Positions 19,209-29,183 of a DNA stretch of 64,000 nucleotides are shown piece by piece. How positions within the stretch are numbered: position 1 is the first letter of the stretch; each line of letters starts with the position of its first letter. The notes beneath the pieces are model-generated. The model was not told the origin of the DNA. It saw nothing but the letters and a program-made list of their open reading frames with translations, and did no database searches. The position numbers and the translations under genes were made by a program. Origin of the DNA: an uncultured Bacilli bacterium (lineage in GTDB: Bacteria; Bacillota_I; Bacilli_A; RF39; UBA660); assembly GCA_910583685.1 (NCBI GenBank), contig CAJTXY010000001.1, forward strand, positions 4,755 through 68,754. Reading direction: 5' to 3'.

Positions 19209-19538
19209 TTTATTTTTCCTATAAACTGCATCAGGAATTAATTATATTCTATACCAAAACGATAGGATAAGCAAATAAATTATGTAAAGCAAATAAGTAT
19301 AACATAAAGTTATATAGGCAATATAAGAAACAACACTTGATTTTCTTCGTTTTTTGGTACCTATATGAACACTTTATTTAATGAGTGAGAGAAATAAAAA
19401 ATGTAGAAAAAACTCAATATTATTTAGGAAAGAAATCGAGTATTTATTGATTTCTTTTCTTATATCAGAACATAGTATCCCTAATATTGACAAAAGTGTT
19501 GGTTTATAATTTAATAATTGCTAAAAAGGAGATACTTT

Positions 19539-20447
19539 ATGACTAATATTAATAAATCTATTGAAATTGCAAAGAATTTAATACTAACCGGCGAAGGCAA
19601 GGAAAAGTATATGCTATACCCTTATGCAACAGAAAATTTAGTTGGTCTATTTCATCAAATTGATGTATCTGGAAAAGACTGTCTTACTATTAATGGAAGT
19701 TTTGACCAAAGTCTAGATATGGCTTTGATGGGTGCTAAATCAGTTACAGCATTTGATATTAACCCATTATCTATTCCTTATGCTGAATTAAAAATGGCGC
19801 TTATTCTAACAGGCTACCGAAAAGAAATTTATTTTGGATTTTTAAATGGATACTATGATGTTTTAGAAAGTCTCGCCTTTCACCCAACAGTTTTTGAATA
19901 TATGAAGAAAAACATCTCTGAGTCTTCCCTAGTATTTTGGCAAGAAATGTTTCAAAACTTTGACAAGCGACAAATTTGTCAAAAACTTTTCTTTGATGGA
20001 TACCATTTTTCAGAGCAAAAAGATTTTGTAAATTATATGCAAGATGATAACTACACGAAATTACAAGGAATGTTACCCAATACCAATATCCAATTATTAG
20101 AATGTAATATTAGGGTATTACCAAATATGTTAAACAAAAGCTTCGACATTATACATTTTTCTAATATTATTGGATATCAAGATACAATGTATGAAGGAAA
20201 AAACAGAGAAGAAAAATTATATACTTACAAAGATTTGCTAGAAACTTATAGTCACTTTTTAAATAAAGACGGAAAAATTATTTCTTACATTTATGACCCT
20301 TTCAACAATCAAGGATGTGACGAGGTTCCAATTTTTGATAAAGACTTAAGAGATAAAATTTTTTCGGGAGACCAATATAGTTATATTTATTTTCCTGCAT
20401 ACTTTTCTGATGCAAAAGATGGATGTTTAATTTATACGAAAAAATAG
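19539..20447 (+). CDS. DUF3419 / BtaA-like SAM-binding protein
   Basis: DCLTINGSFDQSLDMALMGAKSVTAFDINPLSIPYAELKMALI matches the DUF3419 (BtaA-like) SAM-binding N-terminal block. The start is set at the ATG preceded by AAAGGAG rather than the track's TTG. Confidence 0.5.
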   Translation: MTNINKSIEIAKNLILTGEGKEKYMLYPYATENLVGLFHQIDVSGKDCLTINGSFDQSLDMALMGAKSVTAFDINPLSIPYAELKMALILTGYRKEIYFGFLNGYYDVLESLAFHPTVFEYMKKNISESSLVFWQEMFQNFDKRQICQKLFFDGYHFSEQKDFVNYMQDDNYTKLQGMLPNTNIQLLECNIRVLPNMLNKSFDIIHFSNIIGYQDTMYEGKNREEKLYTYKDLLETYSHFLNKDGKIISYIYDPFNNQGCDEVPIFDKDLRDKIFSGDQYSYIYFPAYFSDAKDGCLIYTKK

Positions 20448-20612
20448 AAATGGTAAAACTATCACTTCTATTTTCCTTATAATAATTGATTCGAAAAATT
20501 GTTCTTGAAATTCTGATAATGCTCTAATTTGTTCATCTGTATAATCTTTCTCACTAGGTGCCACTACTAACTTGTCATTATTATCATTTGTTCTATGAAT
20601 ATATGCAATCAC
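20427..20612 (-). CDS. Possible small protein (61 aa) whose start overlaps the Nudix stop
   Basis: 4-nt ATGA overlap with the upstream Nudix gene stop on the same strand. No homology recognised. It overlaps the 3' end of the convergent plus-strand gene. Confidence 0.25.
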   Translation of the reverse strand: MIAYIHRTNDNNDKLVVAPSEKDYTDEQIRALSEFQEQFFESIIIRKIEVIVLPFLFFRIN

Positions 20613-21055
20613 TTTTCATTTTCTATCTTCTTTAACTTTTCTATCACGTACCATAAAAGTGGTGAAGTATTTTCTCCTGTTAACTTGTCCATTTTAACCC
20701 ATACGGCGTCATCAGAATCGATACAGTCATCCCCACTTTTGATTCTAGACTCTTTTATTTCTACTTTATATAAAATGCCGATTCGTTGTAGGTCTTCTTG
20801 CGTAAATCTATTTATCTTCCACTTAACATTGACACTCGCCGTATCCCAAAGTTTTGCTTTTAACACCTCTGCCCCTAATTCTTCTTTACATTCTCTATAT
20901 AAAGCATCGATTGGATTTTCGTTATGTTCAATTCCACCACCTGGCAAATCATATTTTCCCTTGTCACCACCATACGCTTTTTTAATTAATGCTATTTTTT
21001 CTTCTTTTTCAATGATTGCATATGCACCAACTAATGTTTTTCTAACGATTCTCAT
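20609..21055 (-). CDS. NUDIX hydrolase
   Basis: Nudix box GGGIEHNENPIDALYRECKEELG. Confidence 0.8.
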   Translation of the reverse strand: MRIVRKTLVGAYAIIEKEEKIALIKKAYGGDKGKYDLPGGGIEHNENPIDALYRECKEELGAEVLKAKLWDTASVNVKWKINRFTQEDLQRIGILYKVEIKESRIKSGDDCIDSDDAVWVKMDKLTGENTSPLLWYVIEKLKKIENEK

Positions 21056-21963
21056 TTCTTCTCCTCCTCTGCTCCTTTAAAAATTTGTTTTATAATCTCT
21101 ACTCTTTTTTCATCAGGAATCCCAAAGCCACTTGCTTTTTTATGACCTCCACCCCCAAGGGTAGTTGCTAACTCCGCTAAATCTACATTATCCTTTTGTG
21201 TTCTAAGACTTACTCCTCCGCCAACATTTATCATTGCAATAAAATCAAGCTCTGGATGTGCATTTTGAAGCAGCATTCCAAGTTCACTGCGATAATTCTC
21301 TGCGAAAACAACACCGACTTTATAATTCTGATAAGTAAAAGTCAGCAATTGTTCATTTTTTCTTTCGAAGTATCGTTTGATTCTACTTTCCTCAATTTCC
21401 AAGATCTCTTCCTCTGTATTGGTGATTATAGGGACACCTTCATCATTTAAATTCTTAACAAAGTGATCAATATAGCCTAGATTCCCATATATTTCAAATA
21501 AGTCTCCTAATCTTTTGGCAGTAAAATCTTTCTTTGTAACCCAATGCCATAAATCAAGATTTTTTACACATTCTACATAATCATTTATTTTAGACGTGTT
21601 TAATTGTTCGTTGTTTGTTTTTAAATAATGATAAAACAAGGACGTTGCACATTCATTGATATCTAATGTAACAAATGGGTATTTAGAAGCATACTGCTGA
21701 CTAATATGATGGTCGAAGACACAAAATTTTTCTTTCCAGGATTGCTTTTCTATCCATTCATAAAGTTCTTCACTAAGAGATAAGTCTGTCACATAAATAT
21801 GTTCATAATTATCTAAATCTTCTTTAAGTAAAAGAGAAACTTTCTCTTCTACTTCTTCTATTTCTAATAAGTGAAAATCGACATCTCTTTTCAATAACTT
21901 TAATAAAATTACAGGACTTACCCCATCTACATCCTTTGCATGTGTTATGATCATATCTTTCAT
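21052..21963 (-). CDS. DHH/DHHA1 phosphoesterase (NrnA-like nanoRNase / pAp phosphatase family)
   Basis: Motifs DVDG, VTDLS, VFDHH and a C-terminal GGGGH (DHHA1). Confidence 0.7.
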   Translation of the reverse strand: MKDMIITHAKDVDGVSPVILLKLLKRDVDFHLLEIEEVEEKVSLLLKEDLDNYEHIYVTDLSLSEELYEWIEKQSWKEKFCVFDHHISQQYASKYPFVTLDINECATSLFYHYLKTNNEQLNTSKINDYVECVKNLDLWHWVTKKDFTAKRLGDLFEIYGNLGYIDHFVKNLNDEGVPIITNTEEEILEIEESRIKRYFERKNEQLLTFTYQNYKVGVVFAENYRSELGMLLQNAHPELDFIAMINVGGGVSLRTQKDNVDLAELATTLGGGGHKKASGFGIPDEKRVEIIKQIFKGAEEEKK

Positions 21964-22222
21964 CTTTTTACCTCTTTTCTTTTGATTTACTTATTTTTTT
22001 GACACCTACTTTTCCATCATAATCGTCATAATAGAAAAACCAATACTTTTTACCCTTTCTCTTATCCATATGTTATTTCCACTTTTTGTCTTATGTTCGT
22101 CATAAATAAAATACTCCCTACTTATTTATCTTCTATTTAGTATTATATCATACTGCAATCCTTTCTAAAAATTATTTTCTTACTTTATCAACTGCAATAA
22201 GTCTATTAAATATTTTTTATCA

Positions 22223-23311
22223 TTACTTGCTTTCCCTTGAAATATTAAGGAGAATCCCCATACTGACCATACTAATTAACAAGCTACTTCCGCCATAACT
22301 TAAAAATGGTAAAGTTACACCTGTTACAGGAATTAGTCCAACGACAACCATTAAGTTCATAAGGGACTGAAAAATGATTTGAAACACCATACCAAATGCT
22401 AGGTATTTCGGAAATTCCTCTTTTGCATTTAATGCAATTTTAATACCACGATATAAAAGGAGAACAAAAAGTCCACATACGATTACTACTCCCATCACAC
22501 CAAACTCCTCTGAAATGATAGAAAAAATAAAATCTGTCTGTGGTTCAGGCAAATAGAAATGTTTCTGAATGGAATTCAAATAACCATTTCCTAAAAGACC
22601 ACCTGGTCCTATTGCATAAAGAGACTGAATAATTTGAAATCCTGTTCCTAGTGCGTCACTCCAAGGATCTACGAATGAAGTAATTCTATCCATTCTATAA
22701 GGTGCAATGATGATTAAAATAACAATACCGATAATGCCTATTGCTCCACATCCCATAAAAAACTTCATATTCACTCCTGCAATAAAAAGAAGAGAAACGA
22801 TGGAAACCACTAAAATTACGCCTGTTCCTAGGTCTGGTTGTAGCATAATGAGGCCAAAGAAGAAAAGTGTTACTCCAAGTATGGGAAAGACACCGTCTTT
22901 TAAACTTTTTAAAAACTTATTACTCTTTTCTAGATACTTGCTTGTAAAAATAATAAGGCCTAATTTCGCAAACTCACTTGGCTGAATTCCTAAGGAACCA
23001 ATTCCAAACCAGCTTCTACTACCATTACGAATGCTACCAATTCCCGGAATTAGAACTAAAACCAAAAGGATCAAACAAATTAGCAAAATTAGATTGGATT
23101 TTTCTTTGTAAATAGAATAATGAATTTTGGAAATAGACATCATAATAAAAATACCCACCGCCAAAAAGATCGCCTGATACTTAATATAATGAAAACTATC
23201 ATGAAATTTATATTCTGCCCAAATACTAGAGGCAGAGTAGATCATAATCAGACCAAATACTGCTAATGTAATTACGGTTATAAATAAGGTTTTATCCAGT
23301 CCTCTTTTCAT
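22223..23311 (-). CDS. ftsW: SEDS-family peptidoglycan glycosyltransferase (FtsW/RodA/SpoVE)
   Basis: Ten TM helices, QPSEFAKL motif, and a C-terminal GGSSL-like block. Confidence 0.85.
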   Translation of the reverse strand: MKRGLDKTLFITVITLAVFGLIMIYSASSIWAEYKFHDSFHYIKYQAIFLAVGIFIMMSISKIHYSIYKEKSNLILLICLILLVLVLIPGIGSIRNGSRSWFGIGSLGIQPSEFAKLGLIIFTSKYLEKSNKFLKSLKDGVFPILGVTLFFFGLIMLQPDLGTGVILVVSIVSLLFIAGVNMKFFMGCGAIGIIGIVILIIIAPYRMDRITSFVDPWSDALGTGFQIIQSLYAIGPGGLLGNGYLNSIQKHFYLPEPQTDFIFSIISEEFGVMGVVIVCGLFVLLLYRGIKIALNAKEEFPKYLAFGMVFQIIFQSLMNLMVVVGLIPVTGVTLPFLSYGGSSLLISMVSMGILLNISRESK

Positions 23312-23339
23312 ATCATCACCCTATTAAATTATATTTTTT

Positions 23340-23385
23340 TATAACGAAAAAAGAACGAAAGAAAAAGGTATCATTCAATGATACC
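23340..23385 (-). terminator. Intrinsic terminator after the 725-aa surface protein gene
   Basis: 7-bp stem GGTATCA/TGATACC with a 5-nt loop, then TTTTTCTTTCGTTCTTTTTTCG on the minus strand, immediately after the stop. Confidence 0.5.
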
Positions 23386-23386
23386 C

Positions 23387-25564
23387 TTATATAATTACGG
23401 TTTGGATTGTTTTTGCAACAGATAACACAACTGAAGTTAATGCATCTGGAATTTCTGTTTTATCCCTTGAAGTGATGCCTCCATTTAATTCACTCTTAAT
23501 TTTGTCAATGTCAATATCAATCATAATATTTACACGATTACCATAACCATCTTTTAATCTTACAGTATCCATCATTGACTCCTCGTATATTTTAGAGAAA
23601 ATTTTGGAATTGCCTACTAATGTCCATCCCCTTGGTAAAAAGACACTTCGATTTGTTGTGATTGTTACTTTTACCTTGCCATCTTCTGTTAGACTATATT
23701 TAATATCAGAAATCTCTGGATTCTCTTTGTTGATATCAAACACTTCATATTCTACTTCTGCTATATTTCCAAGTTTATCTTGAACTTTTACTGTAGCCTT
23801 CGTATTTTCCGTAAACACTTTAGAGATTGATTTTTGATCATTTGATAAAGTCCATCCATTTTTCAAGTCTTCTAATTCTTCATCTGCCGATATCGTTACT
23901 ATTACATCCTTATTTGTTTTGATATGATCTGCATTACTAGTTGTAATTTTGATACCTGATACTTCACGATCTATATTAGAAACTATACATTCTACCTCTA
24001 TTTGATTTCCTGCTAGGTCCTCAATTGTTACTGTTTCTTCACCATTTTCTGTAAACAGCTTTGTAATTTCTGTCTTTGTAGTATTGTAATTCCAATCTTC
24101 ATTTCCTATTACCTTTATTTCTTCATCCGCAATAATTTTTCCAAGTACATCTTTATTGGTTTTTTGCATTGGACTAACCATAAAAATCGCCTTTGGTGGT
24201 GTTTTATCAATGTTATTTATTTCAATTGTAATATAGCCTGTATTTTGATAAGCGTCTGTCAGTTTTACTTTCTCTATCGTGTTTTTCTTATAGACTTTTC
24301 TAAAGACTGTTGAATTCTGCACCATTTGCCAGCCACTTGGAGCGAAAATAGATTTGTTCGTAGTGATAATAACTTCCACATCACCATTTGTAAGTTCTCT
24401 TGTACTATAAGTAATTCCATTTTCTACAATGGCTGGAATTTCTTTACTAATATCAAACACTTCGTAATTTGCCTTCACTGCATTTCCTGCTAAATCTTTT
24501 ATTTCTAGTTCTCCTGTAGTATTGGCAGCGAAAACTTTACTTAATTCTAAACCATTATCTGATAGTTTCCAACCTGAGACTGGTTGTAATTTCTCATTTG
24601 CTGTTATAAAAATAGTGACATCTTGATTCGTCTTTTCTCCATTATTACTACTTTTCACCGTAACAAGTGGTGCGGTTTTATCAATGGTAAATACTAGTGT
24701 TGCTTTTTGATAAGCACAATCTACCACCGTTACTTCGTATTTCCCCTCTGTTTGAAACGAAAGTGTCTTTTCTAAAGATACTGTTTTTCCATTTACCTGG
24801 ATCTCTTTTAGATTTTCTTCCTCAATTGTAAGAATAACATCATAGTTTACAATCGCGTTATTTGCTACTCCTGTTAATATAGGTTTTTTATTGTCATCTA
24901 AAATGATATTTAGGTTATCTAATTTTGATTTTAGTTCCAACTTTACCTTACTATCATCGATATTTTCAACTAAGGCATTTATATTTTGTTTATCTCTATA
25001 TTCTCTTGCCTCTAAAATTTCATCTCTGCTCTTTGCTGCATTTACTTTTTCCTGCAATGTTTCTACTAATTTTCTTATATCAGCATACGGATCTTTTTCA
25101 TCAGGAGAATCTGGATCTGTTGATCCTCCTGGCTTATCTGGTTTATCTGGAGTTTCTGGTTTATCTGGTTGATTTTCATTGTTATTATCAGGATCTGTAC
25201 TTTCTCCAGGTTTACCAGGTGTATCTGGATGGGTTATATTTCCTGAATCCGGATTTTGACTATTTTCATTTCCTGTAATCATATCTGCTACTGGCGGAAT
25301 TGTTACATTTTGATAGACAAAGTTTTGAATTCCTTTGGCATTATTTTGTTGTTTCCAGATATCTTGTGTCAAGTCAGTAGAAGAATTTTCTGTAAGCCCT
25401 TCTTTGGTTTCATTTTCAGAAATCGTTTTCCCTTCTTCTGGTATATATCTATTTTCTACTTCTTCTTCCAATTCTAAATACTCTTCATTTGGATTTGCAA
25501 ATACGAAAGTACCCAATCCTAAAAATAAAATAATCGCAATGATCCCTATTTTTTTCTTATTCAT
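23387..25564 (-). CDS. Large secreted/surface protein with a Pro/Asp-rich linker and at least 4 tandem Ig-like repeats (about 95 aa each)
   Basis: N-terminal signal LGLGTFVFANPNEEY resembles the SipW-cognate GGTFAYFSDKE motif. Low-complexity PDKPETPDKPDKPGG linker. Repeated blocks ...KTNKDV...WxLSxx...SKVFxxNT...ExxVxDISKExP. No LPXTG motif. Confidence 0.7.
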   Translation of the reverse strand: MNKKKIGIIAIILFLGLGTFVFANPNEEYLELEEEVENRYIPEEGKTISENETKEGLTENSSTDLTQDIWKQQNNAKGIQNFVYQNVTIPPVADMITGNENSQNPDSGNITHPDTPGKPGESTDPDNNNENQPDKPETPDKPDKPGGSTDPDSPDEKDPYADIRKLVETLQEKVNAAKSRDEILEAREYRDKQNINALVENIDDSKVKLELKSKLDNLNIILDDNKKPILTGVANNAIVNYDVILTIEEENLKEIQVNGKTVSLEKTLSFQTEGKYEVTVVDCAYQKATLVFTIDKTAPLVTVKSSNNGEKTNQDVTIFITANEKLQPVSGWKLSDNGLELSKVFAANTTGELEIKDLAGNAVKANYEVFDISKEIPAIVENGITYSTRELTNGDVEVIITTNKSIFAPSGWQMVQNSTVFRKVYKKNTIEKVKLTDAYQNTGYITIEINNIDKTPPKAIFMVSPMQKTNKDVLGKIIADEEIKVIGNEDWNYNTTKTEITKLFTENGEETVTIEDLAGNQIEVECIVSNIDREVSGIKITTSNADHIKTNKDVIVTISADEELEDLKNGWTLSNDQKSISKVFTENTKATVKVQDKLGNIAEVEYEVFDINKENPEISDIKYSLTEDGKVKVTITTNRSVFLPRGWTLVGNSKIFSKIYEESMMDTVRLKDGYGNRVNIMIDIDIDKIKSELNGGITSRDKTEIPDALTSVVLSVAKTIQTVII

Positions 25565-25597
25565 AACTCATACTCCCTACTATCCTATGTTATTCAA

Positions 25598-25640
25598 ATA
25601 TATCAAAAAAAAAGAGAAAATTCAATCTTTTTCTCTTTAA
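25598..25640 (-). terminator. Putative terminator between lepB and the 725-aa gene
   Basis: 10-bp stem AAAGAGAAAA/TTTTCTCTTT followed by a T9 run on the minus strand. Confidence 0.4.
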
Positions 25641-25695
25641 ATTTTCTAATTTCTACCATCTGTCTATAAATATGCTGTTATTTTATATAAATAAA

Positions 25696-26283
25696 TTATG
25701 ATATTAATTTGATACGGTTTATAGGAAAAATACGCAATGAGATTTTTCCTGTGATGTCACTTTTTTTAATAAGTCCTATTTTTCTACTGTCTAGGGAGTT
25801 TGTCCTATTATCGCCTAGTACTAAATACATATCTTTGGGTATTACATCATAGCCTATATCTTTTAAATGAAAATCTTTATATTTTAACTTTGTAGAAATA
25901 TACTTTTCTTGATATTTCTTACCGTTAATATGTAACTGGCTGTCTATGATATCGATATGCTCCCCTGGTAGTCCAATAATACGTTTGATTAAATATTTGG
26001 TATCTGCATACTTTAATGAGACTACATCCCCTCTTTCTATTTCAAAAAAGCGGTATCTCAGTTTATTTAAAATCAATACTTCTCCATCTTTTAATGTGGG
26101 ACTCATAGAGTCTCCTACTACTTGGGTGATGGATGCTACATAGAAAATAATAAACAAAATTAATATAATTACAATTGCATACTTTGCTATATCAAAGAAT
26201 AATTCCCGAATATCTAACCAATCCATATAATACTCCTTACTACTATCAGACATCATTATATACCAGCAATTCTTAGAATGCAA
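25696..26283 (-). CDS. lepB: Signal peptidase I (bacterial LepB/S26A type)
   Basis: SM/K catalytic boxes: VVGDSMSPTLKDGEVLI and YLVLGDNRTNSLDSR. Confidence 0.8.
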   Translation of the reverse strand: MHSKNCWYIMMSDSSKEYYMDWLDIRELFFDIAKYAIVIILILFIIFYVASITQVVGDSMSPTLKDGEVLILNKLRYRFFEIERGDVVSLKYADTKYLIKRIIGLPGEHIDIIDSQLHINGKKYQEKYISTKLKYKDFHLKDIGYDVIPKDMYLVLGDNRTNSLDSRKIGLIKKSDITGKISLRIFPINRIKLIS

Positions 26284-26296
26284 GAGTATTTAGTTA

Positions 26297-27898
26297 CTAT
26301 TCTATTTGTTGTTCTTCTGATGTTACGTGATCACTTATAATTTCCTGTTCTTGTGGTGGTACTGTTACATTCGTGGTGGAGTAATCGCTTACATTGCCAT
26401 TTTCTTCTGCTGGCGGCTCATTTATTACAGCAGGCGGCTCCTCTTCTTGTTTTTTTGTCACTTGAAAAGTAAGGTAACCATCTAATACTTGATAGGTATC
26501 ATTTTGTCTTTCCCAGGCAAATTTGTCACAGAGAGTGTTCATTAATGAAATTACATCCATTTGTGCAACATCTCGAGTGTCATAGTAAACTTGAATTTCA
26601 TAGGAATCCGTTTGTTCTATTATAGATACTGGCATAATAAAGGCTTCATTATAACCTTCTTTTAATACAATTTCTAACAGTATGCTACCGTTCTCATCCC
26701 CTACTACAAATTGTTTTTTATCACTAAGGGCGGCCTCATAAGTCATCGATACCCAATTTAAAATATCTTCCTGTTCTAGTAATTGTGCTTTTAGGGCATT
26801 AGAAAGAGTAGAATTCTGATTAATTGCTGTTTTAAAGAATTCTTTTTTCTTATCAGACTCTGGAGAATATAGTGTAACAGAAGAGTCCGTAACTAATTCA
26901 TATGCCTTTTCCATTAGACTCTCATCCAATACTAGTTTTCCTTCTGTTTTATCAAGAGTGATTCCTGGTACTACTATTTGTCCATTCCATAGTGCATAAA
27001 TACCATCTGTAGAGGCAATATAGTTAGAAATAAGATAGTAATTATCACGATTATTAAAACAATAATATTCTGCTAAATAGTATTCAAATGTCTCTTCAAT
27101 GGATGTTTTCTCATCTGTTGTAAAATACATAACATTTTTATCCACTTGGTTTATATTCTCATAATAGGTACGTGCGTAGCCAAGGAAGCTATCTAAAACG
27201 ACATAATTATAGTCATAATAATCACGGTAATCAATTTGAAGTCCTAAAATTTCATTTGGATTTTCGCAAGCTTTGATGTAACTTTCTATTTCCTCTTTAT
27301 AAGCATAAAGATATGGGTTATTTATCAACAAATTTTGAATTAGACTATCTTGAAATTGCAACATAGTTTCATCTGTGGTATCCTTCTCTTCTAATTCTAC
27401 AGATTTGGAAATAGGTTCTAAGTAGTGATATTCTTTATATAAAAAATATGCTTCATTCTCTATACTTTCCAATGCCGATACCGAAACATCCAACTTGCTT
27501 TCTTCTGTTATAATTTCACTTGTTTGTAAATTGCATATAAATTCTACTTTTATTTTTTCTTCTTCCTCAGGAATGATGAGGCTATTTTCAACTAAAGTCT
27601 CACAACCATTAGGAAGTACTAATTTATAGTTAGAGCTCTCATTTGTCATTACATTAGTACTGTCCTTAGGGATGAAAAGAGAGAATGTTGCTGTTTCTGT
27701 CTCAAGTTGTTCAAGGGTTATAGTGCCAACATCACTTTGTTTTTGAAAGGCTAATGTAGAATGATATTTTAAATAATCTGTTCTTTTTTCTTGATATTTT
27801 GCATTAGACTCAGGACAATGAAAAAGAAAGAAAGATACAAAGAATAAAAAGACAAGACAACTTGTTTGAATGGTACTTTTATATACTTTATTTTTCAT
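26297..27898 (-). CDS. Secreted protein of unknown function (533 aa, acidic, Tyr-rich)
   Basis: Signal peptide with an SNA|KY cleavage site. No recognised domains. Confidence 0.55.
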   Translation of the reverse strand: MKNKVYKSTIQTSCLVFLFFVSFFLFHCPESNAKYQEKRTDYLKYHSTLAFQKQSDVGTITLEQLETETATFSLFIPKDSTNVMTNESSNYKLVLPNGCETLVENSLIIPEEEEKIKVEFICNLQTSEIITEESKLDVSVSALESIENEAYFLYKEYHYLEPISKSVELEEKDTTDETMLQFQDSLIQNLLINNPYLYAYKEEIESYIKACENPNEILGLQIDYRDYYDYNYVVLDSFLGYARTYYENINQVDKNVMYFTTDEKTSIEETFEYYLAEYYCFNNRDNYYLISNYIASTDGIYALWNGQIVVPGITLDKTEGKLVLDESLMEKAYELVTDSSVTLYSPESDKKKEFFKTAINQNSTLSNALKAQLLEQEDILNWVSMTYEAALSDKKQFVVGDENGSILLEIVLKEGYNEAFIMPVSIIEQTDSYEIQVYYDTRDVAQMDVISLMNTLCDKFAWERQNDTYQVLDGYLTFQVTKKQEEEPPAVINEPPAEENGNVSDYSTTNVTVPPQEQEIISDHVTSEEQQIE

Positions 27899-27899
27899 A

Positions 27900-28508
27900 T
27901 TACTTTCCTCCTTTTAATTGTACTGCTGAATAATCAACGGTCACTACCTGTTTTGATATTTCATTTTTCTCTTGATATTCATAATAAGGAATTTCTTGAT
28001 TATGATAAACTAGATTATCTCCCTTATACTTCACAATCAGCTTATAATAGGTATTTTTTCCCTCATTAGGTGCTTTTACTGTTTCTAATTTTATTTCATT
28101 TAAAGTTCTTTTTCCCGTTAAGTCAATCTCTTCATAAGTGCCTTCTTCCCCGCTCTTAGCATATAAGCCAACGATTTCAAAATCAGTGGCAACTGAAATG
28201 GAAAGCACGAAGAAAACACTTACTTCAAATTCCGTAGAGGCTTTGAAATAATAAGGGATTTCAGTGGCTGGACGATAGTGTCCTGCCTCACAAATCTCCT
28301 CACCTTCTCCAGGATTACATCCATCTACATTAAAGTAGTCAATATCGATATTGAACTTTGCTACACGTGCTGAAGATTCGCTACTAAGCATAGAAACATA
28401 TTTAGAATAAGTTACTACTGTGGTAAATAGTAATAAAACTCCAATATACATTCCTAAATAACGATAGAATTTTCTTCTGAAATGTTCATTATGAAATAAA
28501 TTTTTCAC
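27900..28508 (-). CDS. Small secreted protein with a SipW-cognate-like N-terminal motif (TasA/camelysin-like substrate candidate)
   Basis: TM anchor, then YSKYVSMLSSESSARVAKFNIDI. It shares the [ST]YAKY...SARVA[KV][FW] motif with the 32125 gene. It sits immediately downstream of a sipW. Confidence 0.5.
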   Translation of the reverse strand: MKNLFHNEHFRRKFYRYLGMYIGVLLLFTTVVTYSKYVSMLSSESSARVAKFNIDIDYFNVDGCNPGEGEEICEAGHYRPATEIPYYFKASTEFEVSVFFVLSISVATDFEIVGLYAKSGEEGTYEEIDLTGKRTLNEIKLETVKAPNEGKNTYYKLIVKYKGDNLVYHNQEIPYYEYQEKNEISKQVVTVDYSAVQLKGGK

Positions 28509-28514
28509 AGATAA

Positions 28515-29174
28515 TCACCCTCTTCGTTGTTTTCTTTTGGCCCTCTTCTTTCTTTTTTTATTTTTTTTATTCTTTTTTATTGAAGTAGTTAGAATTTCCT
28601 TTTTTGCACTTATTTTCTTTCGGCTTTCATTTGGATTTTCTAAATACTTTAAAAACTCTTGATATTCTTTAGTATCCGCTAACACAACTTCTTCGTTTGG
28701 CATTGTCAAATAAGAAATGGTAGCTATGAGTGTAATTATTATAATCACGATCAGTGGATTTTTTAACAGAGCAATCACTTTCCCTGCTCCTCTTATATGA
28801 AAGATATATTTTCCAACAATTTTGTCCTTTTTTGTTTTGCCATCTTCTGTATGATTATGGTCTCCTTTTGTTATCACTGCTTCTTTTTCGGCGGCAACAA
28901 TACGATGGGTTACAAAACTTCCTTCCTTATCATAAAAAGTGATAATATCATCTTTTTTATACTTTTTGTCTTTCATATCAATAATGATATAATCACTTTT
29001 TTGCAAGGTCGGTTCCATAGAAGATGATACGACTTCTAACATTGCATAACCAAAAAATGGAGCAAGCGGTTTTTTCAATATCTTGAAACAGACAAAATTA
29101 TAAATATTTATTAAAATAATTAAAGTCAGGAAAAGGCCACTAAATATTACGGTTATTTTTCTGAATCTTTTCAT
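28515..29174 (-). CDS. sipW: SipW-type signal peptidase I (archaeal/ER Sec11-like, S26B) with a highly basic C-terminal tail
   Basis: FGYAMLEVVSSSMEPTLQKSDYIIID...THRIV...TKGDHN matches SipW/Sec11 catalytic boxes. C-terminal KKNKKNKKRKKRAKRKQRRG tail. Confidence 0.8.
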   Translation of the reverse strand: MKRFRKITVIFSGLFLTLIILINIYNFVCFKILKKPLAPFFGYAMLEVVSSSMEPTLQKSDYIIIDMKDKKYKKDDIITFYDKEGSFVTHRIVAAEKEAVITKGDHNHTEDGKTKKDKIVGKYIFHIRGAGKVIALLKNPLIVIIIITLIATISYLTMPNEEVVLADTKEYQEFLKYLENPNESRKKISAKKEILTTSIKKNKKNKKRKKRAKRKQRRG

Positions 29175-29183
29175 TTTTCCCTC

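Noticed and set aside
21965-22071. Small ORF (about 32 aa, MDKRKGKKYWFFYYDDYDGKVGVKK...) just upstream of the DHH phosphoesterase gene on the minus strand
   Set aside because: Only a weak SD (GTGGA), no homology. It could be a leader peptide but the evidence is insufficient.
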